IMG/VR virus record: IMGVR_UViG_3300027771_000011
Span: 1 to 64,000 of that record
Reading direction: 5' to 3' (one strand)
From: a virus
DNA length: 64,000 bases
The notes under the pieces are model-generated. The model saw only the letters and a program-made list of their open reading frames with translations, had not been told where the DNA came from and did not search any database. This document shows, piece by piece, positions 27,885 through 40,200 of this stretch. Positions within the stretch are counted from its first letter, which is position 1, and the number at the start of each line of letters is the position of its first letter. The position numbers and the translations under genes were made by a program.

Positions 27885-29875
27885 TGAGCAAAAAACCAGA
27901 CACACCCAATATTTCTGCAGACTTAATTGACGAAGGATCTCAACGCCTATTCAATGAATCTGTAAAAGAATGCCTTGAAGTTCTTGAAGGTAAGAGAGGT
28001 GATGGTTTAGATAGAGCACTCACTGCTAGAGACCTATCCCAAGCTGGGGTAATTAAAGTAACAACCTCATCAAGTGCTGTAGCTGGTGAGATAGGTATCG
28101 CACCTTCACCAGTGGTCACTGAAGTAGTAGAATTCCCGACAACACCAACTGGTCTAACTGTCTCAGGAGCGTTTACAAACATACTCCTTGTGTGGGATTC
28201 CCCTACTTTTAAGGGGTTCACAAGCACTGAGGTCTGGAGGTATGAGACTAATCTTCTGGCTTCATCAGTTCTTGTGGCCACAGTTGAGCACCATATGTAC
28301 AGTGAGCCAGTCAACCCAGCATCTACTTACTACTACTGGATTAGGCATGTCAATAAACTCAATCAAAAGGGTAGCTTCAATGCTAGCTCTGGAACCCTTG
28401 GACAAACTAATCAGACAGTAGCATCTATTCTAACTGACCTAAATGAATCCATTGGATTAAGTTCCTTAGATACTGCTTTGTCAGCAGAAATTGCCACCAT
28501 TGGTACCATTGGTACATCAGTTACCGCACATACGTCTACACTGGGAGATCTGGTTGGTGAGCAATACGTTAGGATTAATGGCGCAGGAGAAGTCGCAGGA
28601 TACGGTATTTCTGCTGGCCCAACCTCAAGTGAATTTGCGGTCAACGCTGGTTTGTTTAAGGTAGGTAATGGGGTTGGCTCAACGGCACCCTTCTTTATTG
28701 TCACAGGCGATGGCATGGCGATTGGTCAAGATGGGACAAGGTACACCAACCAAACTAAAGCGTGGCAAGAAAGTGGGGGTGCAACCACTCCACTAGATAC
28801 AAATATATCTTTTGGAAAGTGGTTTGCTGCTGGCACATACATGGAATCGGCAATGATTGCTGACGCGTCTATAGATGTAGCAAAGATTAACAATCTTACG
28901 GTTGATTTTGCAAATGTTACTGGAGTCTTGACGGCAAACCAAATAGAAGCAATTCAGCTGGACGCATCGAATATAGACATAAACCATTATTTGGATTTTA
29001 CTTCAACAACTTCTGGGGTGAGATTTCAAAAAACTACTCTTGCTGATAAACAGGCAGGTGCTTTTTATGGACGAGAGGGCAATGTTGCTGGATTCCGTGT
29101 GGGTGGAACAACTGGTGGAATTTATGCGGATTCAACGGGTTTAGTCGAGTTAAATAATGTTCGACTATATTCTGGTGGCCCCGGAACTCCAGTTGAGTTT
29201 TTCCAAGTAGGAACAGTTCTTACGCAAGGTATTAGTAGCACAGGGACAGTGACCATATTGATAGTTGGTGGTGGAGCAGGTGCTCCGAATAGTGGTCTTC
29301 CCCAAGTTAATGGTTATATATATCCACAAAACCCAACTGCGGGTGGTGCTGGAACGGCCTCATGGTTAGAGTTTCGCAATAGCTCTGGAACAAGAGTAGG
29401 TTCAAGATACACAGCCGCTGGAGGTGCGTCATCAGCCATAACTCACCGATCTAATAGTCAATACTACAATGGCGTTTCAGGACAGGCTTCATCACAACCC
29501 AACTCAGCAGGTGCTGGGGGAACTCCAGCACCCGGAGATGGTTACAGAGGTGGTGGTGGTGGCAGTCCGGGTGGTGGTTATCAAACCTATTCTTCTACGG
29601 CGGCTGTAACAACAGTAGCTAATGCAGGAGCAACCATATCTCAAGAGGTCACAGTGCCTGCTGGTGCGACTCAGATTGCAGTTTACTTAGGTGCAGGAGG
29701 AGCGGGTGGTCATTTCTATTATGGCGGAAGTCCTAATGGAAACCAAGGTGTCGTTAGTAGTACAGATGGTGGTGATGGTGGTGATGGTTATGTGACTTAT
29801 GCTGACCCTGAATCAGGGGGAATAGAAATTGATTTAACATCAATACTAACCCGCCTAAATGCGCTAGAAGCATAG
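27884..29875 (+). CDS. Tail tip / host-specificity protein
   Basis: Fn3-like YYYWIRHVN region, ADASIDVAKI motif, glycine-rich C-terminal domain. Confidence 0.75.
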   Translation: MSKKPDTPNISADLIDEGSQRLFNESVKECLEVLEGKRGDGLDRALTARDLSQAGVIKVTTSSSAVAGEIGIAPSPVVTEVVEFPTTPTGLTVSGAFTNILLVWDSPTFKGFTSTEVWRYETNLLASSVLVATVEHHMYSEPVNPASTYYYWIRHVNKLNQKGSFNASSGTLGQTNQTVASILTDLNESIGLSSLDTALSAEIATIGTIGTSVTAHTSTLGDLVGEQYVRINGAGEVAGYGISAGPTSSEFAVNAGLFKVGNGVGSTAPFFIVTGDGMAIGQDGTRYTNQTKAWQESGGATTPLDTNISFGKWFAAGTYMESAMIADASIDVAKINNLTVDFANVTGVLTANQIEAIQLDASNIDINHYLDFTSTTSGVRFQKTTLADKQAGAFYGREGNVAGFRVGGTTGGIYADSTGLVELNNVRLYSGGPGTPVEFFQVGTVLTQGISSTGTVTILIVGGGAGAPNSGLPQVNGYIYPQNPTAGGAGTASWLEFRNSSGTRVGSRYTAAGGASSAITHRSNSQYYNGVSGQASSQPNSAGAGGTPAPGDGYRGGGGGSPGGGYQTYSSTAAVTTVANAGATISQEVTVPAGATQIAVYLGAGGAGGHFYYGGSPNGNQGVVSSTDGGDGGDGYVTYADPESGGIEIDLTSILTRLNALEA

Positions 29876-29964
29876 TAGTTTAGAGGCAAAATAACACTGA
29901 TATATTTGTAAAACATAGGTACGTTTAGGGTAGTGATAAACCCTATTATCTATGAGTTTAAACA

Positions 29965-30402
29965 TTGGATTACGAAGTCCTATTAGCACCTACTGAGATA
30001 GTTGAAGACCTGTGGCCACAAGTAGTGCATCACATTGATTCAGCACTCAAACATTCCAATGGAGAGTATCTCTCCAGTGACATTTTAGACCTCATTATTA
30101 ATCGCCAGATACATCTCTGGTGCGTAGTCGATGGCAAAGACATTGTTGCTGCCTACACAACTCAGTTGAGGATTTACCCTCAGTTAAAAACCCTACTCGT
30201 TCTTACCATTGGAGGCTCCGGTCTATTCAAGTGGGGAAGGCTGGTAGAAAACTCATTATACCAGTTTGCTAAATTGCAAAACTGTTCCAGCCTAGAGGTT
30301 TACGGACGAAAAGGATGGGGTAGATTGTTAGCTAGGCAGGCTAATTTTAAACAACAGTACATCGTTCTCACTAAGGAGATACCGCGTGAAGATCCACACT
30401 AG
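29965..30402 (+). CDS. GNAT-like protein preceding the ejection genes
   Basis: GG ... FAKLQNCSSLEVYGRKGWGR motif typical of this position in podoviruses; TTG start uncertain. Confidence 0.65.
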   Translation: MDYEVLLAPTEIVEDLWPQVVHHIDSALKHSNGEYLSSDILDLIINRQIHLWCVVDGKDIVAAYTTQLRIYPQLKTLLVLTIGGSGLFKWGRLVENSLYQFAKLQNCSSLEVYGRKGWGRLLARQANFKQQYIVLTKEIPREDPH

Positions 30403-31045
30403 AGTCGTAACCTGCATGGCCACAGGCGAAGTGCTTGAAGATGAATATTATGAGCATGATGGCCCAGTCGATCTTTGCAAAGGAGGCGGCTATGAAATTG
30501 AAGAAACCGCTGAAGAAAAAGAGCTAGCTAATATCTCCATGGAGAAATGGGAAAGGTACAAGACAAAGTTCCGTCCTCTCGAAGATCAGTACATGGCAAA
30601 GGTGGACGGCATGCGTTCTGATTCCAGCTATGACCGCGTTGGAGGCTTAACTGGTAATGCAATTAATGCTGACGCTGGTAATCAACTCGCCACAGCAAAC
30701 CAAGCTTTGTTTCAGGGTGGAGTTAATCCCAACTCTGGGAAGTTTATGGGAGCTAACTCCACTTTATTGTCCAAGGGATCCAAGGTTCTATCTGCTGCAG
30801 TTAACTCAGCGAACATGGGCTTAGGCAATGAGCAGATCTCTCGGATGGAAGGCATCGTTAACATTGGACAAGGGCAGGCTGCTGGTGCTGTAAAGAGTCT
30901 CTCTGACATTGCAGCAAATAGTGTTGATCAAGCCACTTCATCTGCAGAGAATCGTTATAACAACTACGCAGGAAACCTTGAAGCGATAGGTACTGCTGGT
31001 GGAATGGGACTAAGAACATATATGAATCCAAGAGGTACGCCCTAA
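30386..31045 (+). CDS. Internal virion / ejection protein
   Basis: GPVDLCKGGG processing-like motif, GVNPNSGKF; AAGGAG RBS before GTG. Confidence 0.7.
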   Translation: MKIHTRVVTCMATGEVLEDEYYEHDGPVDLCKGGGYEIEETAEEKELANISMEKWERYKTKFRPLEDQYMAKVDGMRSDSSYDRVGGLTGNAINADAGNQLATANQALFQGGVNPNSGKFMGANSTLLSKGSKVLSAAVNSANMGLGNEQISRMEGIVNIGQGQAAGAVKSLSDIAANSVDQATSSAENRYNNYAGNLEAIGTAGGMGLRTYMNPRGTP

Positions 31046-31563
31046 TGCTAAATAGAGACAAGGATGAAGGTGGAACAGGTAATCCTGTTCATGATGCGTA
31101 CACAAAAGGTATTACCTACGGAAGTGACCGTAACGTAGCTTCGGCTTCCCCTACCACTACAACGAACTCTTTTGGTATTGACTCAGGTGATAAAGAGTAC
31201 GCATCAAAGACTCGAGCTGCGATTACTAGAGAGCAGTGGGAAGACTATAAGGCACGTTTCCAACCTTACGAGGATCGCCTTGCTGCCATCTACAAAAATG
31301 GTGGATTGCTAGAAGGTGAGGCTGAAAAAATCCCAGAAACCGTTAATCAATCGTTTAGCACAATGCGTGGTATTGCAGATAGAAATCTTTCTCGTTATGG
31401 AATTACCCCTACTGCAGATCAAGCAGCCAGTCGTGACCGATCATCTAGCTTAGATCAGGTGTTAGCTCAGGTAGATGCTCAAAATAATTTAATGGCAACA
31501 GCTGATCAAAGGAAAGACAAGATCATGACTGGCGGCATAGACACTATGAATAAGGGAGGCTAA
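31045..31563 (+). CDS. Internal virion protein
   Basis: TREQWEDYKARFQPYE and RNLSRYG motifs; position. Confidence 0.65.
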   Translation: MLNRDKDEGGTGNPVHDAYTKGITYGSDRNVASASPTTTTNSFGIDSGDKEYASKTRAAITREQWEDYKARFQPYEDRLAAIYKNGGLLEGEAEKIPETVNQSFSTMRGIADRNLSRYGITPTADQAASRDRSSSLDQVLAQVDAQNNLMATADQRKDKIMTGGIDTMNKGG

Positions 31564-31567
31564 GCAC

Positions 31568-31912
31568 ATGGCTTATGGATTAATTGGAACAGGTCGTTCT
31601 TTATCAGGTAGTGCTCAAGCTGGATTGGGTCAGGCTGCTAAGTTAGAGGCTTCAAGAAATATGGCAGGGGATCAGCTAGCACAAGCTGCCTCTGGTCAGA
31701 GAAAAGCGTTGATGGGAACTGGTGCGGGTCTTGGTGCTCAGTATGGCTTAACAGCAGCAGCAGCGGCACAGACAGCAGCAGCGGCAGGTGCAACTGGTGC
31801 AGCAGCAGGCGGATTAACAGCTGGTGGTCTAGCGGCAACAGGCGCAGCAGCTGGGCCATGGGGCGCACTTATCGGTGCAGGTATTGGTTTGTTACTTGGC
31901 GAATTATTATAA
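31568..31912 (+). CDS. Gly/Ala-rich internal virion protein
   Basis: GGGAGG RBS; glycine-zipper-like AGPWGALIGAGIGLLL. Confidence 0.7.
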   Translation: MAYGLIGTGRSLSGSAQAGLGQAAKLEASRNMAGDQLAQAASGQRKALMGTGAGLGAQYGLTAAAAAQTAAAAGATGAAAGGLTAGGLAATGAAAGPWGALIGAGIGLLLGELL

Positions 31913-31924
31913 GAGGCAGTACTC

Positions 31925-34216
31925 ATGGCTATATCTGGACAAGGCTTAGCAAGCGGTTTTTCTGGCGGCTTCAAGATGATGGACGATTACTATAATCGCC
32001 AAGAGACACAGCAACTCAATCGGGAAACCGCAGACCGAACAAAGACTGTTTATGATCAGGGTCAGAAAAAGATCAGGATTGAAGCAGCCATAAAGGGCGC
32101 AGCTATGGATATACAAGCAGGCAGGATGCCCTCTCAACAATGGGTAGATACATTACAGAACGATCTAGCTTATGACCTGTATCAAAACTTAGATCCTGAG
32201 TATCGACAGTCTGTAGATAACATTTTAAACCAGACGAATCCTGTGTCTTCTCCTGAGTTTGTTGCAGATGCCAACATTGCCTTTAAAGATTACCTTAATC
32301 AGAACAATACTCAGACAGAATTTACTACTTTCGGAAGAGAGATTGAGACTGAAAGTATGGGTGGCAGTTTTCAAAGTGAGGCTGCTCAGAAATTAGTAGA
32401 TGTTGGATCGTACAGGGGTAAACCTCAAACAATAAAAGGTAAGCGAATTCTTAACAAAGAGTTAGTTGGAAGTATGTATGCCATGGGTGGTGAAACAATA
32501 GGTGGTGATATTGAAGTCACCTATGAGGATATGGATGGAAAGATAAAGACCTATATCGCCCCAATGACTGGTGGGCAAGGAACGTCTGGTGATGGGGACA
32601 ATGGCGTAGGTCAGGATGTCGGCAAATTAATGCAAAACCTCAAGGGTCGAATGATGCTTGCAGATGGCCTGAGTCCATTAATGAAATCTCTCAGTGGCCT
32701 AATGGTAAGTCAAGGCATTGACATTCCAATTAATTCTATAGACAAGGAAAGGCTTAGTAGCTATCAAAATCAAGCTACGAGCTTCATGACCATGGCTAGG
32801 GAAAATGCAAAAGACATGTTCCCCAAGGCTTCAGAATCTGACCAGATGTTCATAGCGATGGCTGCAGGAAAAGGTCAAGACCTCTCTATGCTTAACCTGC
32901 CTGATGGTTCAAAGCCTAATGCACAAGCAGTTGCTGCTTATAAATCTAATATGGCTAAGGCCCAAGGCTTATTCGCTAAGATAGATGTCATTCATAAAAA
33001 ATACAGCTTGGGTGATTTCCAGAACTCAGCTGTTGAACGTGGTGTTCAAGCTAAAATTGGTGAACCTTTTGTACCTTTGAATGAAAGAGTAAAACAGGCG
33101 GCTCAAGGTAACAACGGGGGACAAACTAATGACACTCCAAGTGGGGGTATTCAGCCAGAAAGACTTGATGTAACTGACGATGATACAACTGGCGTTGCGC
33201 CACAAAAGGCTGCATTAAACGCAGCTGTCTCCACAGTAGCCTCTGGTAAAGGCATCAATCCTGCGGCAACTAGAAGAGAGGATGGGTTAGGGATTGATCC
33301 TAATCGGTATCCTTCAGGCAAGGTTGAGCTGCCAATGCTTAACTCAGAGACAGGTAAGCCCTTGTTAGCGGGTTCTGCCAACGACACCAGACGTACTGTT
33401 AGGGACATGAATCAAATCATTGATATATCAGAAAGTGGAAACCTAGGCACATGGCTGGGTGAAAGCTTTGAAAATCAAAAGCAAGCCCAAAATATCTTGG
33501 ACACTGCTAACAAGGATGAATACCTAAGTAAGGAGAATGCGGCAGACATTACCGCGTTTAACCAGCTGTTATCTGACAGTCAAATCCCTATGGATAATCC
33601 TAAGTCTATAAATTATGCAGGCTATGTGCAGGGACTACAGAGTGATCGCCAGAAGAAGGTAGATGGCGCTATCAATTACACCAAGGAGGCTGTCGAAGAT
33701 TCAAGAATTGACCGAGAGATGGTTGACATGAGAGCAGCGCTTAATGATCCCAACATGATGGCGATGATTAGAAAAGAAGTCTCTCGTGATCCGAATGCAC
33801 ATCTTGATCAGGTTGAAAATCTTCTCTCTAGCATACAAGCATTGCCTAAAACCAATAAGACCTATGAGCAATATGAGGCTGTGTACAACTACTGGGAAGC
33901 AATTGGTGGCGCACAACGAATGGCTCCAGCTGTTGCACCATCTGGTGACGGGTTGTTTGATAAATGGGTACAAGGCGTTAAATCCATGATGGGTCAAGCT
34001 CCACCGTCTGTATATGACACGATGATAGCTGATGGATTAATGGATCAAATCAATATGGTTATTGGGCTGGGTGAAATGGGTAAGTTGAAAAAATATGTTA
34101 AGGAGAATGGTGATGAGGCAGTCAAACAAATTTATTCAGCTGCAATATCAAGAGGCTTGATGAAGCCCGAGCTTAAAAGACTTGAATCCGCACTTAAAAC
34201 AATGACGCAACAGTAA
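31925..34216 (+). CDS. Large internal virion (ejection) protein
   Basis: GLASGFSGGFKMMDDYY N-terminus typical of ejection proteins; precedes the giant gene. Confidence 0.65.
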   Translation: MAISGQGLASGFSGGFKMMDDYYNRQETQQLNRETADRTKTVYDQGQKKIRIEAAIKGAAMDIQAGRMPSQQWVDTLQNDLAYDLYQNLDPEYRQSVDNILNQTNPVSSPEFVADANIAFKDYLNQNNTQTEFTTFGREIETESMGGSFQSEAAQKLVDVGSYRGKPQTIKGKRILNKELVGSMYAMGGETIGGDIEVTYEDMDGKIKTYIAPMTGGQGTSGDGDNGVGQDVGKLMQNLKGRMMLADGLSPLMKSLSGLMVSQGIDIPINSIDKERLSSYQNQATSFMTMARENAKDMFPKASESDQMFIAMAAGKGQDLSMLNLPDGSKPNAQAVAAYKSNMAKAQGLFAKIDVIHKKYSLGDFQNSAVERGVQAKIGEPFVPLNERVKQAAQGNNGGQTNDTPSGGIQPERLDVTDDDTTGVAPQKAALNAAVSTVASGKGINPAATRREDGLGIDPNRYPSGKVELPMLNSETGKPLLAGSANDTRRTVRDMNQIIDISESGNLGTWLGESFENQKQAQNILDTANKDEYLSKENAADITAFNQLLSDSQIPMDNPKSINYAGYVQGLQSDRQKKVDGAINYTKEAVEDSRIDREMVDMRAALNDPNMMAMIRKEVSRDPNAHLDQVENLLSSIQALPKTNKTYEQYEAVYNYWEAIGGAQRMAPAVAPSGDGLFDKWVQGVKSMMGQAPPSVYDTMIADGLMDQINMVIGLGEMGKLKKYVKENGDEAVKQIYSAAISRGLMKPELKRLESALKTMTQQ

Positions 34217-34229
34217 GGTAGAAATAAAT

Positions 34230-37200
34230 ATGTCTTCATTATACTTATCCCAGATGCGCCAGAATCCACAGTATCAGAATATTCCTGTTGACCAGTTAGC
34301 CCGTATGGTTTACGACCAAGATGCAGAGCTTCAGGACATATCGTTTGAACAATTCATGCCTATATTTAATGACACAGGTGAAGTGGCTCAGGCCGCACCA
34401 GCTGCACAGCAGATGAACCCAGCTCCTGCTGAAGAGATGGGATATGGCCAGATTGGTTTAGATAGCATTGACGCTGCACAAAGTGGATTCCTTAACGCTT
34501 CTGCTGGTTTAGCTGAAGGTGTGGGTGGTATTTACAAGTGGGCTACTGGCGAAGAGTCAGAGACGGCAGGTGATATTGCGGGGTACTTGAGAGACGCAGG
34601 TGAAGATCAGATACAACAGATGTCTGAGTCAGGTCGAAACCAGATGCAGAACTTTGGTGTTGAATACAGTAGTGAAGACGGCCCTAGTATGAGAGAGGGT
34701 TCCACACTTGTTGGCGGATTGTTGAATATCGCTAGTGGTGTTGGCTCATCTATACCTTACTTAGTTCCGGGTGGATTAGGGGCCAAGGTTCTAAGCCAGA
34801 GTGGTCGAGCGGTAGGTGGAACAATCATTCCAAGTTTAGCTAGAAAGCAAGCAATGAACCTTCCAGCTGGCAGGATTCCTCAATCTCTGTCTATGGCTGC
34901 TGTTGGCGGTACTGGTCTAGGTGGTGAGACAAAGAATCAAGCGTATCAAAAAGCATACAACTCTCCCGCTGAAGAGTTAAATAAAACACCAGCTTATCAA
35001 GCAGCTTACTGGGAAATTGCAGATACCTACAAAGCGCAAGGTACTAAGGTATCTCATGCTCAGATAGAAGAGATGGCTCGTACTGCTGTGGCTGAGGCGG
35101 CTGGTGATGACGCATTCAAAGATGGCTTCCAGCTCGGTGCAGTGAGCATGGGTGCGCTTGGCCCCATGTTCTTGAACAATGTCTTAGGACGCGTTAAAGG
35201 CGGCTTCATAAAGAGAGCTGCCTCTGGTGCTTCTATTGAGGGTACTCAAGAGTTAGTAGAGTCTGGTGGTCAGGCTTATCTTTCTAACTTAGCAGTGAAT
35301 GAGAATGCAAACAGTTCGATACAGCCAATGGATAACGTGGTCAGTGAAGGTCTTACTGGCGCTTTGATCGGTGCAGGAACTGGTGGCTCAATGTCCCTAG
35401 CTGGTGGTTTTGGATCTAAGGCGGTTGGCATCACTAAAGAAAAAGACATGCCCGGATATTTTAGGGAGCAAGAGAGGCTTCGTAAAGAGGGAATCGTTGC
35501 AGAGAAAGAACAAGCTGCCATGGATGCAGAGTCAGTTGAACCTGCAGTAGAGGAAGGTGTTGAGCTTGTTGAAGATACAGAGACTCCTACTGGTGCAGCA
35601 GAGACTCCTACTGAAACTCTGGGTGAAGCACTAGCCGATGCTGAAGAGCAGGCAGCTTTACCTGCAGAAGAGTCAGCTGATTCTCCAGATAGGCCAGAGT
35701 CTTCTGAAGTCGATCCTGTTGAGGAGACCACTGTTGAAGAATCTCCTGAAAAGGCTAACTACAGAGCTGATTTGCAGATAGCTTTAGACATAGCATTAGC
35801 TCAGTCAAAGAATCGCAAGCTTACTCCTGAAGCGCGTCAGGCTGCTTCTGATCGTATTGCTGGTATTCAAGATGAGATAAATAAATTAGATGAGACGCTA
35901 GCATCAACAGAACTTGATCTTGAAATAGAGACTCCTACGCCAGTAACTCCTGCATCAAACCCAGCTTTAACAAAGCGGATACTTGAGTGGTCTAAAGTCC
36001 AGCCAGATAAAGCCAGTGACAGATATGATGAGCAGCGTGTGTACAAAGACGCAATCATTCGTGAGCTAAAGTCTTTAATGAAAATGGAAGTAGGTTCTGA
36101 TCAAGCTTTCCGTAAAGAAGAAAGCATTAGGATGATGGAAGAGAAGTTCGATGCTCTAGCACCAACCCCATTGAATGAAGTACCTCGTTGGCAGCAAGCG
36201 TTAGAAGAAGAGGACGCTGTGACTGAAGCTCAGTTGCAAGAGTATGGACAGATGGAAGCTGGGACTGTTGATTCATCGACTGAGGTTCAAGATGACGTCA
36301 CTGGTGACAACCTATACGGTGTGTTTGCTAATCAAGAGACTAACCCTTTTGCATCTATAGATTTGTTCGGCAGATTGCAGCCTATAAAAGAGGATGGCAT
36401 TGCTATTGATCTTAAGGGTGTTGTGCGCGACAACATGAATAGTCTGCGTGCCAATGGTACTCCTGATAATAAGAATCTAGATCGTAAAACTGTCAACAAC
36501 ATTTTGACTAAAGACGCTGAGCGCATTGAGGCTTTGACTAAAACCTCTGCCATTAATATGGTAGTCAGAAGCCAATACAAAAAGATAAATAAGGAACTAG
36601 GTAAGGCTTCAGCTGACTATTACATTGAATCGTTAGGCCGAGGCATGGGTTTGTTTTCAAATCCAACGCCTACTAAGTTAGCGATGTACGATGAGTACGT
36701 TGAAGGACTTAACGATAACGTAGTGCCTTTGACCTACGAGGTATGGGAGTCAACGATACTTCAAAAGGGAAAGGCTCCGAGCTTAACGGCAAAAAAGCCT
36801 AGTCCTCAACCGGTTGAAGAGCCAGTTGAGGCATCCGAATCGGTATCTGCTGAAGTAGCGCCAATACAGAAAACAGCAGATGACTTTCAGGATGATGGAA
36901 CCTATTACAGAGTTGTTGTTGGAGACACATCTTTCCAAGACATAGTTGATAGTGGAGAAGTTAGGACTAATGCGTCTTCAAAGAAGCCAAGAAAGGCAGA
37001 TGGAAAAATTGACCTCTCATCTCGTCCAACGAAATGGCCTTCGTTCAGCAAAGATTCTGCGTCAATGGATTACGCTGGTAAGAATGAAGACCATTACATT
37101 GTGGTTACAAACGACCCATCTATACAGCCATCTAAGCAGGGTAGGCATGGCAAGGGAACCACACAGTTCCCTACTGATGCCAATGGCAATCCAATGGAAT

Positions 37201-40200
37201 CTCTTTCTGGTGATGCTATCTCTGTATACAAGCACACGGGTAATGGTAATTACGAGTTGGTGTATAACCGTGGTCAGGTTGTGTCTAAGCCAGACAGCGA
37301 TCCTACTCCTACTAAGAAAGCCATCCCTGCGTCACAGGTAAAAACTGAGGCTAAAGGAACCACTGTTGCTGATAAAAAATCCAGTGGGAATCAAGCTGTA
37401 CTAGAAGAGAATGAAGAATCGGTCATTGATGAACTACCCGTAGATGTTCCTGTGTTAGGTAAGCAGGTAGTTGAAGTGCTAATATCTGACCTTACTCTCA
37501 GTGAAGATGTGCCTCAATTTAAAGATGGGGCAGACAGCGAAGGAGTTGTTGACCCTCTTGGTGGCACGTTTGATCGGACAGGTGTTGCACCTATTCAGAT
37601 CTGGTTGCGTGAAGATGGCCGCAAGGAAGTTATCAGTGGAAGGCATCGTCTTGACCTAGCCAAACGCAGCGGCGAGACAACCATACCTGCACAGTATCAC
37701 CTAGAGTCAGAAGGGTTTGGTGCAGCCGAAGCCAGTATACTAGATGCTTTATTAAACATACGCGAAGGACAGGGGAAGGTAAAAGATTATGTCGGATTCA
37801 TCCAAGCAAGAAACCTCACCGAAGAAGAAGCTGACGCAGAAGGAATTCTGGCAAGACCAACGGGAAAAAGGGCATACACGATTGCAAGTCAAGGAAGTCC
37901 TGCGCTTGTTGCCGCCCATCGTGCCGACCAAATAGGAGACAACGCTGCATCCCTGATTTCCCAAGCCGCACCTAATAACGAACCACTTCAAGCTGTTGGA
38001 CTCAAAGCCTTACAAGAAGGCAAGTCTATTACTGTGTCTGTCAATATTGTAAAAGCAGTCAACAGTATGACCAGAGATACTGCTCAAGAGAGTGGGGATC
38101 TGTTTGGGTTTGATGACTCAGCTATGAAAGAGGCTGAGAATCTAGCGCGTAAAGCTGGACAGAAGCAAGCTGAAATACAACGCACGTTGACAGCAGTTAC
38201 AGGTGCAGCAAAGAATCCAGAGTTAGCTGCGGCTGAAGGGGTTGACGTACAAGATCCTGAAGCTGTTCAAGCTAGGGTTGCCGAACTAAAAGACCAGAAG
38301 CGTGAATGGCAAAACTGGCACACCAACCCTGCACTCGTTGCAGAACTCACAGGTAATGAGGTAGCTGCGCCAGTAGTAGAAGTTACAGCTGATGAAGTAT
38401 CTGCGCCCGCAGTAGAAGCTACAGACAGTGAAGTAACTGAACCAATAGTAGCAGAAGCTACAGATGATGAAGTAGCTGCGCCAGCCCTTGAACTATCTAA
38501 TCAAACCGAAGAAGAACTTGCTACCAAAGCAGGGCGAGACCTTGATGCGGGTGAAACTAAAGAACAGGTTGACCGAGAGGTTGACGGTTTCAGTCTTGAT
38601 GGTGGCGTAAGTTTAACCACTCAGGCAGACCCAGCACAGAACCCACAATCTAATGATTTATTTGAAGGTAATCCAGATGTTAACGAAGTTGAAGTTGAAG
38701 TTGAAAGTACTCCTAGTACAGATGAAGTTGTCAATCCAAGTGTGGCTGATCCGGTTGCAGATACAACTGAAGTTGTTGCTGAAGAAAATACGGACGTAGA
38801 AAATGATGTACTGAATGATGTTGTACCAGCAGATAGAGGTGCAGTACCAGAAGGTGAACAGGAGTCGATTACTCTCTACGGATTAGAGGCGGATGGATCA
38901 ACTTCAAATAATGATCCAACAGATCTTATCAATGACGTCAGAGTTCTACAGTTTGTAACAAGAGACGATGGTTTAAAGCTTGCCCTCTATGTGGGTGATA
39001 AAGACACAAGTGATACTGACGCTGTTGTTTATAAGTCAATGGATAAAGCAGAGGCTGCATCTAAAGATTTAGAGAGTAAAGGGTTAGGACTATACCGTCC
39101 GACTATGTATAAGAAACGCTTTGCCCTCAACGCATTGATTGTGGCTAAGAATCAGTCAACCGATGTGCCCATGGTTTACAGCAACAAAGATTCATCTGAT
39201 CAAGCAAAGAATCGCATGAAGTCTAAAGAAGCTTATGACATTCAAGAGTCAGGAGCAGGTAAGTTCTACATTGTTACAACCCGAGACTCTATGGATAAGG
39301 AGGGTAAGAAGGATAATGAAGCCTCTAATTATGATTCAATAACCGAAGTTAGAAATAACCTTCAAGAAGACATCGAAGAGAATGTCCCGTCATATGTCCT
39401 ATCTCAAACGACTAATGAAAAATTCCCTAACCAGCCTCAGCTATTCATGCTCGAAGGTAAAACTGACAACTTATTAAAGTATGTCCAAGGCAATCAGATT
39501 GATGACTTGAGTAATGTTGCAGAAGAATTGCTGGATGTTAAGTCTAAAGAAAAATCAAAGACATTAATTGCTGCTGTTGAATTTGCAACTGGCCGTATTG
39601 ATACTATCAATGCTTCACTTAAAAAGAAGGAGCAGCAGAACAAGATAGTTCTTGAAGACGGTAAGAGCGAACTAAAAGCTGTGTCTATTATGTTTAGGTC
39701 AGTGAATAAGTTTGAATCTAAAGTTAATGAGGATGGATCTTTAACCTTGTTTGGAAACAATAAGGACTTAGAGCGGTTCTTGTCAAAAAATAAACTTACT
39801 GAAGGTCAGCAACCTGTGTATGGCACCCTTAATGAGGGAGAATTTTCTGTAAGCGAAGAGCAATCAGGGACAGTCATTGGCATTAAAGTTCCCAAGACAA
39901 CTGCAACAAAGTTAAAAGGCAAGCTGGAAAACAAAGCGCTTTATTTTGTTGATGGTGAAGTGGAAGGTGCAGCCTACGTTGTCAATCCAAGTAAACCTCT
40001 GCTTCAGAAAAAAGATCTTACTGTTAATTTAGAGGAAGGCCGAGTAGTTATTCCTGAAAAGGAGGGAAGGAGTGAGGACGAAATTCAAGAGGACATTGAG
40101 ATTGGAAGAGCTAATGCAATGGAGAGCAAGGCTAGTGACCCAGTAGTTGATCGTCAATCTTATGAATCTGTGAGGGATGAATTAGCAGGGATGCGAGATG

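Noticed and set aside
38357-38490. Degenerate ~36-bp repeats (EVAAPVVEVTAD-like) in the giant gene
   Set aside because: In-frame low-complexity linker expansion; no independent function evident.
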